Shown one piece after another: positions 19,270 to 28,184 of a stretch of DNA of 32,908 bases (its first letter is position 1; the number at the start of each line of letters is the position of its first letter). This DNA is from Candidatus Eiseniibacteriota bacterium (GTDB taxonomy: Bacteria; Eisenbacteria; RBG-16-71-46; CAZEPH01): NCBI GenBank assembly GCA_044229145.1, contig JBGATO010000042.1:1-32908 (forward strand). The letters are read 5' to 3'. The notes beneath the pieces were generated by a model. That model was not told the DNA's origin. It did not search any database and saw nothing but the letters and a program-made list of their open reading frames with translations. Both the position numbers and the translations under genes were made by a program.

Positions 19270-19517
19270 GGGCCGAGATCGCGAATCCGGGGCCGAAAGC
19301 CGAGCGGGCACCAGCACGGCGCTGGACGTCGCCGCGCACACCCGGGTCATACGACAGGGGTGGTATCGGCCCCGCTGCGACGCGTCTGAACCTCGGGTTA
19401 CGCGAGTGCGCCTTTCGACGCGCGTGTGCCGCCGCGCACTTTTCACACGCGAGGTGCGCAAGCCGCTGAATATGGCAGAGCCGGTGGCCGATAATCTCCG
19501 GCAAGGAGGAAGCAGCC

Positions 19518-20447
19518 ATGGACTCTCCAACTCCCCCCACTCCGAGCGCGCCCTGGGCGGGCGCCGCCCCGGCGACCTCTGCCGATCGCCAGGCGTGGCT
19601 CGAACGCCAGCTGCAAGACGCGACCAAGTTCGCGACGCTCGGAGCGTTGAGTGCCGGGGTCGCGCATGAAGTCAAGACACCGCTCCAGTTCGTCAGCGAC
19701 ACGCTCACCTTCGCCCAGGAAAGTGCCTCCGCACTCGCGGTGGTGGTCGCCAGCCTGCGGGATGTCGCGGAGTGCGCGCCGGAAGACCGCCAGGCCGCCT
19801 TCGACGCGGTGCTCGCACGGGCCCGGGACGCGCGCACCACGTACTTCCTCGAGCAGTTGCCCGAAGCTCTCGGCCAAGCCACCGACGGCCTCGCGCAGAT
19901 CACCCGCCTGATCGCCGCGATCAAGGAGTTCTCGCATCCGGGCGACGGCAGCAAGGACATGACCGACCTCAATCGCGTCGTCGAAGCCGCCGCCCTGCTC
20001 ACTCGTGGCGAGTGGAAACACCAGGCGATCCTGATGACGCACCTCGATCACGCGCTGCCGCGCGCCGAGGTCTGCGGCGATCAGATTCGTCAGGTGATCA
20101 TCAATCTGATCGTCAACGCCGCGCAGGCGATCGAAGACAAGCGCCGCGCCGGCGGCTCCACCGCCAAGGGCACGATCCGCGTCACCACCCACACGCGCGG
20201 CGACACGATCGCGATCGGCGTCGAGGACACCGGCATCGGGATCACGCCGGAGATCGCGGATCGCATCTTCGAGCCCTTCTTCACGACGAAGGAAGCGGGA
20301 CGCGGCAGTGGCCAAGGTCTCGCGCTGGCACGGTCGGTGATCGTCGAGGGACACGGCGGTCACATCGATGTCGCCTCGACACCCGACCGCGGCACCACCT
20401 TCACGCTGATCGTCCCGATCAGCGCGGTGCGGAGTCAGGCAGCATGA
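19518..20447 (+). CDS. Histidine kinase core without sensor domain
   Basis: AAGGAGG SD; AHEVKTPLQFV, NLIVNAAQA, DTGIGI, FFTTKEAGRGSGQGL. Confidence 0.9.
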   Translation: MDSPTPPTPSAPWAGAAPATSADRQAWLERQLQDATKFATLGALSAGVAHEVKTPLQFVSDTLTFAQESASALAVVVASLRDVAECAPEDRQAAFDAVLARARDARTTYFLEQLPEALGQATDGLAQITRLIAAIKEFSHPGDGSKDMTDLNRVVEAAALLTRGEWKHQAILMTHLDHALPRAEVCGDQIRQVIINLIVNAAQAIEDKRRAGGSTAKGTIRVTTHTRGDTIAIGVEDTGIGITPEIADRIFEPFFTTKEAGRGSGQGLALARSVIVEGHGGHIDVASTPDRGTTFTLIVPISAVRSQAA

Positions 20448-21622
20448 GCCGGATCGTGTTCGTGGACGACGAGCCCATCGTGCTCAAGGCGCTGTCGCGC
20501 ATGCTGTACGTTCACGACGAATGGGAAGTCGCCACCGCGTGTACCGGCGCGGAGGCGCTCGCGGCGATCTCCGCCGCGCCCACCGATGTCATCGTCAGCG
20601 ACATGCAGATGCCGGACATGGACGGCGTCACGTTGCTGACGCAGGTCATGAAGCAGCATCCGCGTGTGGTGCGTCTGGTGCTCTCGGGCGAGAGCGACCT
20701 GGCGCGTGCCCGGGCGGTGATTCCGGTCGCACATCAATACTTGGCGAAGCCGTGCAGCGGGCAGGACCTGCTCGACGTCCTGCGGTCGCTGAGCGGGCTC
20801 CGGGCGTTGATCGGACAGCGGACGTTGCAGGAGGCGGTTGGCCGCCTCGGCACGCTGCCGTCGCGGCCTGAGGTCTACTTCGAACTCACGCACGCGCTCG
20901 AGGATCCCGACGTCTCGGTCGGGGGCCTCGTCGGCATCGTGCAGCGCGACGCCAACATCACGAGCCGCATCCTGCAGCTCGCCAACAGCGCCTTCCTCGG
21001 CGCGCACCAGCGCACCACGAGTTTGCAGCAGGCAGTGAGCTTCATCGGCTTCCGCATGCTGCGCGATCTCGTGATGACGTGCGAGGTGTTCCGTTCGGTC
21101 GGCAGCGGCGACGCGACGCGGGGCGAGGAAGCACGCATGCTCGATGGCGCGCGCATCGCCCAGATCATCGCGGGACGGCAAGCCGACGATTCGCTGCTCA
21201 CCGCGGCGCTATTGCGCGATCTCGGATCGTTGATCGTGCAGCGCACCGAGCCGCCGACGGCCCGTAGCGCCGTCAAGGCGCGGGTAGCCGCGGGCGCCTC
21301 GCAGGTGGCGGCGGAACGCGAAATCTACGGCTACAGTCATCCGGAAATCGGCGCCTACTTGCTCGCCGTCTGGGGCATGCCGTTGTCGTTGGTCGAAGCG
21401 GTGCTGTATCACCACGCGCCGTGGCTGGCGTCGCCGGACCGGCTCGAAGTCGCCGGCATCTTGCGTCTCGCCGATCACATCCTCGACGCGCGCATGGACA
21501 CACCGGCCGACACCGACGAATCGCGCCAGACCGAGAGCTATCTCAAGGCACTCGGCCTCACCGAGGCGTGGTGCGAATGGTGCAACGACGCAGAGGAGCA
21601 GATCGCCGCACGCGCGGCCTAG
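20444..21622 (+). CDS. Response regulator with REC and HDOD domains
   Basis: ATGA overlap; VFVDDE, VSDMQMP, AKP; HDOD LPSRPEV, ILQLANSAF, HPEIGAYLLAVWGMP..YHH; the HD position reads RD (LLRDLG). Confidence 0.92.
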   Translation: MSRIVFVDDEPIVLKALSRMLYVHDEWEVATACTGAEALAAISAAPTDVIVSDMQMPDMDGVTLLTQVMKQHPRVVRLVLSGESDLARARAVIPVAHQYLAKPCSGQDLLDVLRSLSGLRALIGQRTLQEAVGRLGTLPSRPEVYFELTHALEDPDVSVGGLVGIVQRDANITSRILQLANSAFLGAHQRTTSLQQAVSFIGFRMLRDLVMTCEVFRSVGSGDATRGEEARMLDGARIAQIIAGRQADDSLLTAALLRDLGSLIVQRTEPPTARSAVKARVAAGASQVAAEREIYGYSHPEIGAYLLAVWGMPLSLVEAVLYHHAPWLASPDRLEVAGILRLADHILDARMDTPADTDESRQTESYLKALGLTEAWCEWCNDAEEQIAARAA

Positions 21623-22380
21623 CGGCGCGGCGCCCGCCTGGGCGCCGGGCGCGCCACCGTGAAGTGCACGTAATCCGATGCCGATGCCGTGAACCAGCCG
21701 CCGCGCAGACCGGTCGCCTCGACCGCTGCGCGGCGTTCGCGCGTGATGGTGATCATCGTCGGGTAATCCGGCGGACAGCCGCGAAGGCGCGCGGGGGCGA
21801 TCTCGATGCGCCCGGTGTCCGGCGCGCGCAGGCGCCAGTGCGGTCCGCCGTTCGGGGCGTGCACCATCAAACTCACGATCACCGAGTCGCCCGGCGCGCC
21901 GGCGTCCCATTCGACGACGAGCGGTGCGCCGGCCGGAACGGCCACGTCCATCGCCGGCGCCGTCACGCGCGGTTGTGTCGGGGCAATCACGCGTGCCACG
22001 AAGGCGCCGACCGTGTCGGAGCCGCTCGCCGCGCACGTGTAGGTGGCGCCTTCGCGATAGTGGAAGGCGTTGGGCGGCGAGAAATACGCGAGGCCGTTCA
22101 CGAGATCCGGCGTGGCGCGCAGCGCGAGCGTATCACCGCCCTCGCTCCACACGCGGACGTCGCCTGCCGGCACGCGCCAGTAGCCCGCCTCCGGCACGCC
22201 GCGCGTCGAGTCCACGCACAGGAGCGAGGCGTAGTCGAACAGGTGCGTCTCGCCGAGCATGGTGCGCGTGCGACTGACCGTCGCCAGGGCGACCGGCGGA
22301 TGCGGACGCGCCGGCGCGCGACGCGCGAGCGCCGGCGTGGCGAGAGTCAGCAACGCGAGGACCGCGACCGCGCGCGTCAT
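21619..22380 (-). CDS. Hypothetical secreted protein
   Basis: Signal peptide MTRAVAVLALLTLATPALA; ATGA overlap with the upstream gene; C-terminal half resembles the neighbouring gene. Confidence 0.75.
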   Translation of the reverse strand: MTRAVAVLALLTLATPALARRAPARPHPPVALATVSRTRTMLGETHLFDYASLLCVDSTRGVPEAGYWRVPAGDVRVWSEGGDTLALRATPDLVNGLAYFSPPNAFHYREGATYTCAASGSDTVGAFVARVIAPTQPRVTAPAMDVAVPAGAPLVVEWDAGAPGDSVIVSLMVHAPNGGPHWRLRAPDTGRIEIAPARLRGCPPDYPTMITITRERRAAVEATGLRGGWFTASASDYVHFTVARPAPRRAPRR

Positions 22381-23171
22381 CGCGTGCCGTCGTCATGATG
22401 CGGCGCGATCGGCGCCACGATGCTCACCGGCATCGTCACGGTGGCGGCGAGCGTCGCGGTGCCGCCCGCGAGACCGCTCACCGAGAGCCGCTTCACGCGG
22501 CTGCGCGTGACGCTCAGCGTCGCCGGGCCTTCGGGCAGCGACGCGATCTGCGACTTGCTGAAGGTGAGGAACCCCAGATCGGTGACGCCCCGCGCGGTCA
22601 CCGTCACCGCGGGCGTCGACGTCGACGTGACGCTCGCCTCCACCGCTTCCGTGCTCGGCAGATCGCTCCAGCGCACCGTGAGACCGCTCACCGGCGTGAG
22701 CTGCGCCTCCGGCAACGGCTCGGCGATGCGCGGCACCATCGGCGGCCCACTGAGGTCGACGCTGAAGCCGGCGATCCGCACCGCCAGCGTGCCACCGTCG
22801 AGCGTGTCGCCGCTGACCGCGATTCGCAGTGTCGAATCGTTGGTCGCCGTGAACGTGCCGGCGTAATGCGGCACCGGTGCGCGTGAGATGCCAATCACCT
22901 GCGGTGGACCCGCACTGCCTTCCTGCACCGTCAACGTGCCCGCGAGCACGCCCGCCGGATAGCCGCCCACCGTCTGCGTGGAGTCGACGATGTAGCCGCT
23001 CACCGCGAGATGCGGCGAGACGACCAGTGCGCCGGTCTCATAGCTGCCAGTCTCCTGGAGCAGGATCGTCGCCGTGTAGCCCGCCGATACCTCAGGTGTG
23101 GTGGTGGACGAGCATCCCGCCGCAGCGAGAGCGCAGGCCGCGAAGGCGGCGATCATGGTCTGGAGTCGCAT
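22377..23171 (-). CDS. Hypothetical lipoprotein
   Basis: Lipoprotein signal MRLQTMIAAFAACALAAAGC; beta-rich mature part. Confidence 0.75.
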   Translation of the reverse strand: MRLQTMIAAFAACALAAAGCSSTTTPEVSAGYTATILLQETGSYETGALVVSPHLAVSGYIVDSTQTVGGYPAGVLAGTLTVQEGSAGPPQVIGISRAPVPHYAGTFTATNDSTLRIAVSGDTLDGGTLAVRIAGFSVDLSGPPMVPRIAEPLPEAQLTPVSGLTVRWSDLPSTEAVEASVTSTSTPAVTVTARGVTDLGFLTFSKSQIASLPEGPATLSVTRSRVKRLSVSGLAGGTATLAATVTMPVSIVAPIAPHHDDGTR

Positions 23172-23269
23172 GGCGAAAGCGTACGGGCGCGGCGCACGTG
23201 TCGCAAGCTCGGCCGACTCTACGAGCTCGACATGAATTGCAGATCGCCCCTCCTGCGCCAATCCGTTGC

Positions 23270-23298
23270 TTGTTATGTCACGGATATCGCGTTATGAT
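23270..23298 (+). promoter_or_regulatory. Sigma-70-type promoter for the phoD/FG-GAP unit 1
   Basis: TTGTTA-N17-TATGAT in an AT-rich patch ~75 bp before the ATG. Confidence 0.6.
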
Positions 23299-23373
23299 AA
23301 GTATTGTTTGCGGATACAGACACGCCTCAGATTCGCTGCGGTCCACAGCGTACAGTTCACGGAGGAATCCGTC

Positions 23374-25062
23374 ATGGAACACCTTCGGCACGTCCTTCTC
23401 CGCCTGGTATTAGTACTCGTTGCGCCCCCCCTACTTTGCGCGCTCGCTGAGAGCCCCGCGCTGGCCACGGTGCACGTCACACATGGCCCCATGGTGGGTG
23501 CCGTCTCGTATCGATCCGCCATCGTGTGGGTACGACTAGACACCGTCGCGACGGTCCGCGTGGAGTACGGCACCGATCCGGCGCTTGAGCCCCCGTTGCC
23601 GCTGAGCCCCGCAGTCACGACCAGCCCTGATAGCGACTACACGGCGTTTCTCTACCTCAATCCGTCGAACCCGACACTCTCGGCCGGCACGACCTACTAC
23701 TATCGCGTGGTCGTCAACGGTGTGTCGACCGACCTCACCGGCGAGTTCACGACCTTCCCGCTCACGACTTCCACGGCGAACTTCTCGTTCGTGGTTTATG
23801 CCGACATCGCTGACACTTACCGACAACAAGACAAGCATGGGTACGCCTACACGCGCCTCACGCAAGTACTGACCCCTGCGTTCGTGCTGCAGATCGGCGA
23901 CTTCGACCACAGCGACCCTGATAGCGCGTCGAACAACGGTGCGGGGTGGCTGCCGAACATGCGCGCGATGCACCAGCACGCTCGCGACGCATCTCTCGCG
24001 CACGGCGGAGATTGGCAGTCTAGCATCGCCAGCAAATACCCCGTCTTCCATATGTGGGACAATCACGATTACGGGGCCTCCGATCGCACGTTCACGATTC
24101 AGCAGCCCAAGTGTGATGGGACCACCTCCGTCGATTCGACGAAGTTCACCTCCTACCCGCTTGGACGCTCCGCCGCCTGGCGGGCGTTCCTCGATTACTG
24201 GCCGATGCCACCGCTGCCGAACCCGCCTGCGCGGGCCAGCAACTATCCGAGCCCAGCCGACACCACCGTCGGTCTGTGGCACAAGTTCAGCTTCGGCAAA
24301 GCGGATTTTTTCATGCTCGACTGCCGGTCGGAAAAGAATCTGGTGTCGAGCACCACGGTCGGCGACACGGCGGTCGGGACCATGCTGGGTCGCGTGCAGG
24401 TGGACTGGTTGAAGACCGAACTCACTGCGTCCAAGGACAACGGTGCGTCGTGGATCTTCTTGATCTCACCCGTGAGCTTTGACTCCACCGCCAAGCGCGC
24501 CAGCCAGCCGTTCCTGCGCAAGAATCTCAACACCGGGCGAGGAAGTTGGGGCGCGTACTACCACGAGCGCAACGAGCTCGCGGAATTCATCGCGTCGCTC
24601 AACCTGACGAATGTCGTCTGGATCACAGGAGACCTCCACTCCGGCGGCGCGATGGACTCGACTCATACGGGCTACACGAAGAGCGGCACCGGGCATCTGG
24701 GGGCACCGGAGTTCGGCGTCCCGAGCACCAATATCTACACTGAACCGACGTCGGGTTGTGCCTGCGACCCAGATCAGGCCGAAACCGCCTTCACGCGCAA
24801 TAACGCCTGCACGCTCCAGAACAACTACACGGGGAGTTGGACGCCTGGCGTGGGCGCGTCGACCACCAGCTACCTATCGGGGAAAGTGAGCGTGCCAACC
24901 CCGTACCCGTACCTGGCCGCCGGACCGGGATTCGCGCGGTTTGATGTGACGAGCACGCAGGTGCGAGTGCGGTTCTACCAGGTGGCTGACAGCCCGACTG
25001 CGACCCCGGGAATCACCAACTACGCCACGGGTAAGCCCATGGACTTCACGGTGACGAAATGA
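23374..25062 (+). CDS. PhoD-like secreted metallophosphoesterase, copy 1
   Basis: GGAGGA SD; signal peptide; HGPMVG, GTTYYYRV, QIGDFDHSD, WDNHDY, LDCRS, MLG..Q..WLK, TGDLHSG. Confidence 0.88.
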   Translation: MEHLRHVLLRLVLVLVAPPLLCALAESPALATVHVTHGPMVGAVSYRSAIVWVRLDTVATVRVEYGTDPALEPPLPLSPAVTTSPDSDYTAFLYLNPSNPTLSAGTTYYYRVVVNGVSTDLTGEFTTFPLTTSTANFSFVVYADIADTYRQQDKHGYAYTRLTQVLTPAFVLQIGDFDHSDPDSASNNGAGWLPNMRAMHQHARDASLAHGGDWQSSIASKYPVFHMWDNHDYGASDRTFTIQQPKCDGTTSVDSTKFTSYPLGRSAAWRAFLDYWPMPPLPNPPARASNYPSPADTTVGLWHKFSFGKADFFMLDCRSEKNLVSSTTVGDTAVGTMLGRVQVDWLKTELTASKDNGASWIFLISPVSFDSTAKRASQPFLRKNLNTGRGSWGAYYHERNELAEFIASLNLTNVVWITGDLHSGGAMDSTHTGYTKSGTGHLGAPEFGVPSTNIYTEPTSGCACDPDQAETAFTRNNACTLQNNYTGSWTPGVGASTTSYLSGKVSVPTPYPYLAAGPGFARFDVTSTQVRVRFYQVADSPTATPGITNYATGKPMDFTVTK

Positions 25063-27578
25063 TGCGCGCCAGTCCGCATCTACCTGCGAGCATCCGTGGC
25101 CGCCTCCTGCCTGGTGGCCGCAGTACAGTTTTGATTGGCGTCCTGGGAGTTGCGATTCTTTGCTCATCGCGCGCATCGCTCGCGCAATCGCTGTTCTCCG
25201 CCGCTCGCTTCCAATACTCGACAGGTTACCAGCCAGAGACCGTATGCCTCGGGGATCTCAACGGAGACGGACATCTGGATGCGATCACGCCGGAGAGATA
25301 CGCCGGGCTGCTCCACGTCTACTACGGGAGGGGAGACGGCGCGCTCTACGAGGTCTCATCGCTCCCCGCGACACAACCGAATGTCATCGCCCTCGCAGAC
25401 TACAACGTCGACGGCTATCTCGACATTGCGTATGCCTCCAACAACGGTCACTTGATCTTGCTGGCGGGGGACGGCGCGGGTGGATTCACGCAGGTGCTCG
25501 ATCAGCTAGTCGACACCCTTCCATACGCCATCGCGGCGGGGGACCTTAATCTAGATGGCCGTCCAGATCTCGCCATCGGCCAGAGCGAAGTCATCACGGT
25601 CGTGCTGTTCTATCCGGGCTTCCACACGAGTACGAACACATATTTCGGTGGCGGGGACGACGCGGTGATTGGCGAGCTTACTGGAGACGGGCTGCCGGAT
25701 ATCGCGATGGGAGTTGGACAAGCGGTCCTGCTCTACCCCAACATCGGTTTCAATCGCTTCAGTGGGCCGATCACCTACTATGTCCTCAATCGCGCATACG
25801 GGATCGACATCGGCGACCTCACCGGCGACGGTATTCCCGACATCGCCACATCCGGCTGGTATGAGAATTCCGTCAGCGTCCTCCCCGGCGATGGCCACGG
25901 CGGATTCGGCCCCCGCCAGGATCACGAAGTTGGCTACTCGAGCGCGGGCATCCAAGTCCGCGACGTGAATCACGACGGCCGCGCCGATCTCATCGTCGCG
26001 CTCGGCGATTTCTACGACTATTCGTGCGACTGCGACCCGTGGAGCCGGGTTGCCACGCTCCTACAGCAACCGGACGGCACCCTCGCCCCCCCGCTCACAG
26101 CGGTCACGGGAAGCGCCCCGCGAGATGTGGCCCTCGGCGATCTTGACGAAGACGGCCACCTCGATGCCGTCACCGCCGACTACTACGGGGCCACCGTCTC
26201 AGTGCTCCACGGCAACGGCGATGGGTCCTTCGGATTCCCTCCGGCGCTCGCCACCGACGGCGTGCCAGGCGGTCTCGCGGCGGGCGACGTGACAGACGAT
26301 GGGATCACCGATCTCGTGGTCGCCAATACAGACGAGAACTCCGTGTCCGTGTTTCCGGGATACCCAAACGGCACATTCGACGCCGCCCAAGCGACGCCGT
26401 GCGGCACGGGTCCCACATGCGTGTGCCTGGCGGATTTCGATCGCGATGGCCACCTTGATGCGGCGAGCGCCAACCAGGATGGAACCTGCTCCGTGCTCTT
26501 TGGCACCGAGACGGGATTTGGCCCCTCACTCACGGTTCCGGCCGGATCGTCACCCAGTTTGGTTGTCGCGGCGGACTTCACCGGAGACGGCCTGCCGGAT
26601 CTCGCATTCGGCGGCATCGCCGGCGTCACGCTCGTGTGGGCCGCCGCCGGCCGGAGCTTCACCACGGGCCCGAAGCTGCCGACTTCGGCGGGCGTCACCG
26701 GACTAGTCGCCGGCGACGTCACCGCGGACGGCCTCATGGACATCGTGGTCACCGCATCGTGGGATTCCCTTGCGTACGTGTATCACAATGAAGGCGGCGG
26801 AGCGTTCACGCTAACCGACAGGCCTCACGTCGGGGACAGACCGCTCGCCGCCGCCCTCGCCGACGTCAATCACGATGGCGCGGTGGATATCCTGACGACG
26901 CGCTGGGCCGTGTATCCGGAGCCCTCGCGGGGGCGCGTATCTGTCCTGCTCGGGCAGGCCGGCGGCGGATTCGGCGCACGACGTGAGTTCGAGGTTGATG
27001 ATCAACCGCTGGGCCTCGCGACGCTCGATGCGAACCAGGACGGCATCCTCGATGTCGTGACCGCCAACCACGCCGCAAATTCGGCCACCGTGCTCCTCGG
27101 GGATGGAGCGGGGGCGTTCGTGCGCGAGGGGAACTACGGCACGGGGTATGGACCCTCCGCATGCGCCACGATCGATTTGCATCAGGACGGCGTCCCAGAC
27201 ATCGCGGTGCTCGATCGAGAAGGAAACACCGTTTCACTTCTGGCAAGCCGTCTTGCGCCGCTCCCGGATTCGGTGGGCGGAACGCACGCGCCCCCCGCGC
27301 GGGGCGCGTCGTTTCTGAGGGTCGGACCGAATCCCGCGCGTTCCCGTGTTCAGCTGCACCTGCGCAGGGAACGCTGGCCGGAGCCTGCGTCGGTCAGCAT
27401 CTACGACATACGCGGACGACGCGTACGCGCAATGGCGGTCAACGATATCCAAGGCGAGTCGCAGGTGAATTGGGACGTGTGCGACACGGCGGGACGCCGC
27501 GTACCGAGTGGACTCTACCGCGTGGAGTTCCGCGACGGCACGGCACGCATCACCCGAGCAGTGCTCGTCCTCGACTGA
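25059..27578 (+). CDS. Secreted FG-GAP/VCBS repeat protein with C-terminal FlgD-Ig/CTD-like domain, copy 1
   Basis: ATGA overlap with the phoD stop; many GDLNGDGHLD-type repeats; C-terminal PNP..IYDIRGRRVR..WD..GRRVPSGLY. Confidence 0.92.
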   Translation: MMRASPHLPASIRGRLLPGGRSTVLIGVLGVAILCSSRASLAQSLFSAARFQYSTGYQPETVCLGDLNGDGHLDAITPERYAGLLHVYYGRGDGALYEVSSLPATQPNVIALADYNVDGYLDIAYASNNGHLILLAGDGAGGFTQVLDQLVDTLPYAIAAGDLNLDGRPDLAIGQSEVITVVLFYPGFHTSTNTYFGGGDDAVIGELTGDGLPDIAMGVGQAVLLYPNIGFNRFSGPITYYVLNRAYGIDIGDLTGDGIPDIATSGWYENSVSVLPGDGHGGFGPRQDHEVGYSSAGIQVRDVNHDGRADLIVALGDFYDYSCDCDPWSRVATLLQQPDGTLAPPLTAVTGSAPRDVALGDLDEDGHLDAVTADYYGATVSVLHGNGDGSFGFPPALATDGVPGGLAAGDVTDDGITDLVVANTDENSVSVFPGYPNGTFDAAQATPCGTGPTCVCLADFDRDGHLDAASANQDGTCSVLFGTETGFGPSLTVPAGSSPSLVVAADFTGDGLPDLAFGGIAGVTLVWAAAGRSFTTGPKLPTSAGVTGLVAGDVTADGLMDIVVTASWDSLAYVYHNEGGGAFTLTDRPHVGDRPLAAALADVNHDGAVDILTTRWAVYPEPSRGRVSVLLGQAGGGFGARREFEVDDQPLGLATLDANQDGILDVVTANHAANSATVLLGDGAGAFVREGNYGTGYGPSACATIDLHQDGVPDIAVLDREGNTVSLLASRLAPLPDSVGGTHAPPARGASFLRVGPNPARSRVQLHLRRERWPEPASVSIYDIRGRRVRAMAVNDIQGESQVNWDVCDTAGRRVPSGLYRVEFRDGTARITRAVLVLD

Positions 27579-27603
27579 CAGCCCTTCGCAGATCGAGAAA
27601 CGC

Positions 27604-27635
27604 GACGAGGCAGACCCTCGCGGATCCGCCTCGTC
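27604..27635. terminator. Hairpin between convergent FG-GAP and dnaK-tail genes (unit 1)
   Basis: GACGAGGC..GCCTCGTC outer stem; shares the 18-bp core GACCCTCGCGGATCCGCC with the unit 2 hairpin. Confidence 0.6.
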
Positions 27636-27659
27636 CCTCAACCGGCAAGTTGTGGCCAG

Positions 27660-28178
27660 CTACTTCTTGTTCTCGTCCACCACCTCATACTCCGCGTCGA
27701 CGACGCCTTCCTTCGGCTCCGCGTCCGGCGCGGCGCCGGCCTCCGGACCGCCCGGCGCACCCGGCTCGCCCGCGCCCGCGTCGGCACCAGCCGCCTGGTA
27801 CATCTTCGTCGTCACCTCGTGCACGACCGTCTGCAGGGCTTCGGCCGCCGACTTGATCTCGTCGACGTTCTCGCCCTTCAGCGCCTCGCGCACCTTGGTC
27901 ACCGCCTGGTCGATCTTGGCGCGCGTGTCGAGGTCGAGCTTCTCGCCATATTCCTTCTGCATCTTCTCCGCCGAGTACGCGAGCGAGTCCGCCGAGTTCT
28001 TGATCTCGATGACCTCACGGCGCTGCTTGTCCTCGGCTTCGTGCGACTTGGCGTCGTCCACCATCTTCTTGATGTCGTCCTCGCTGAGGCCCGACGACGC
28101 GGTGATGGTGATCTTCTGCTCCTTGTTCGTCGACTTGTCGCGCGCCGACACGCTCAGGATGCCGTTGGCGTCGATGTC
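27660..28178 (-). pseudogene. dnaK: Start-less but uninterrupted 3' fragment of dnaK (172 codons, DIDANG to stop)
   Basis: DIDANGILSVSARDKSTNKEQKITITASSGLS..VVDAEYEVVDENKK; upstream codons read RQYS instead of the usual EVTF, so similarity stops abruptly at ~28179. Confidence 0.93.
27784..27923. repeat. 140-bp exact direct repeat, copy 1 (dnaK lid-coding region)
   Basis: Identical base by base to 32769-32908; identity may continue past the window edge. Confidence 0.95.
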
Positions 28179-28184
28179 GGAGTA

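Larger units (their letters stand above)
23263..28179. mobile_element. Putative dnaK-anchored cassette unit 1 (promoter-phoD-FG-GAP-hairpin-dnaK 3' tail)
   Basis: Bounded by CCGTTG-N6-ATGTC at 23263-23279 and the DIDANG junction at 28162-28179; same gene order as unit 2. Mobility is inferred; no recombinase in the window. Confidence 0.5.

Noticed and set aside
16543..19389. 948-aa plus-strand ORF and similar long shadow ORFs (2309..4846, 13834..15618, 215..2122, 5432..6934)
   Set aside because: Antisense or alternate-frame ORFs over well-supported genes; Arg/Ala/Pro-rich with no motifs, as expected in high-GC DNA.
23272..23299. Pho box upstream of phoD
   Set aside because: The GTTATG repeats are 19 bp apart, not the 11-bp period of PhoB/PhoP boxes.
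23275..23302. dif-like site (TTATGATAAGT resembles a XerD arm)
   Set aside because: No XerC-like arm at the 6-bp spacing; the sequence is explained as the -10 box. A Xer-family role is not excluded but is unsupported.
28151..28178. Independent small Hsp70 protein starting at GTG 28151
   Set aside because: The GTG is an internal Val codon, dnaK similarity extends upstream of it, and there is no SD or promoter on that strand.
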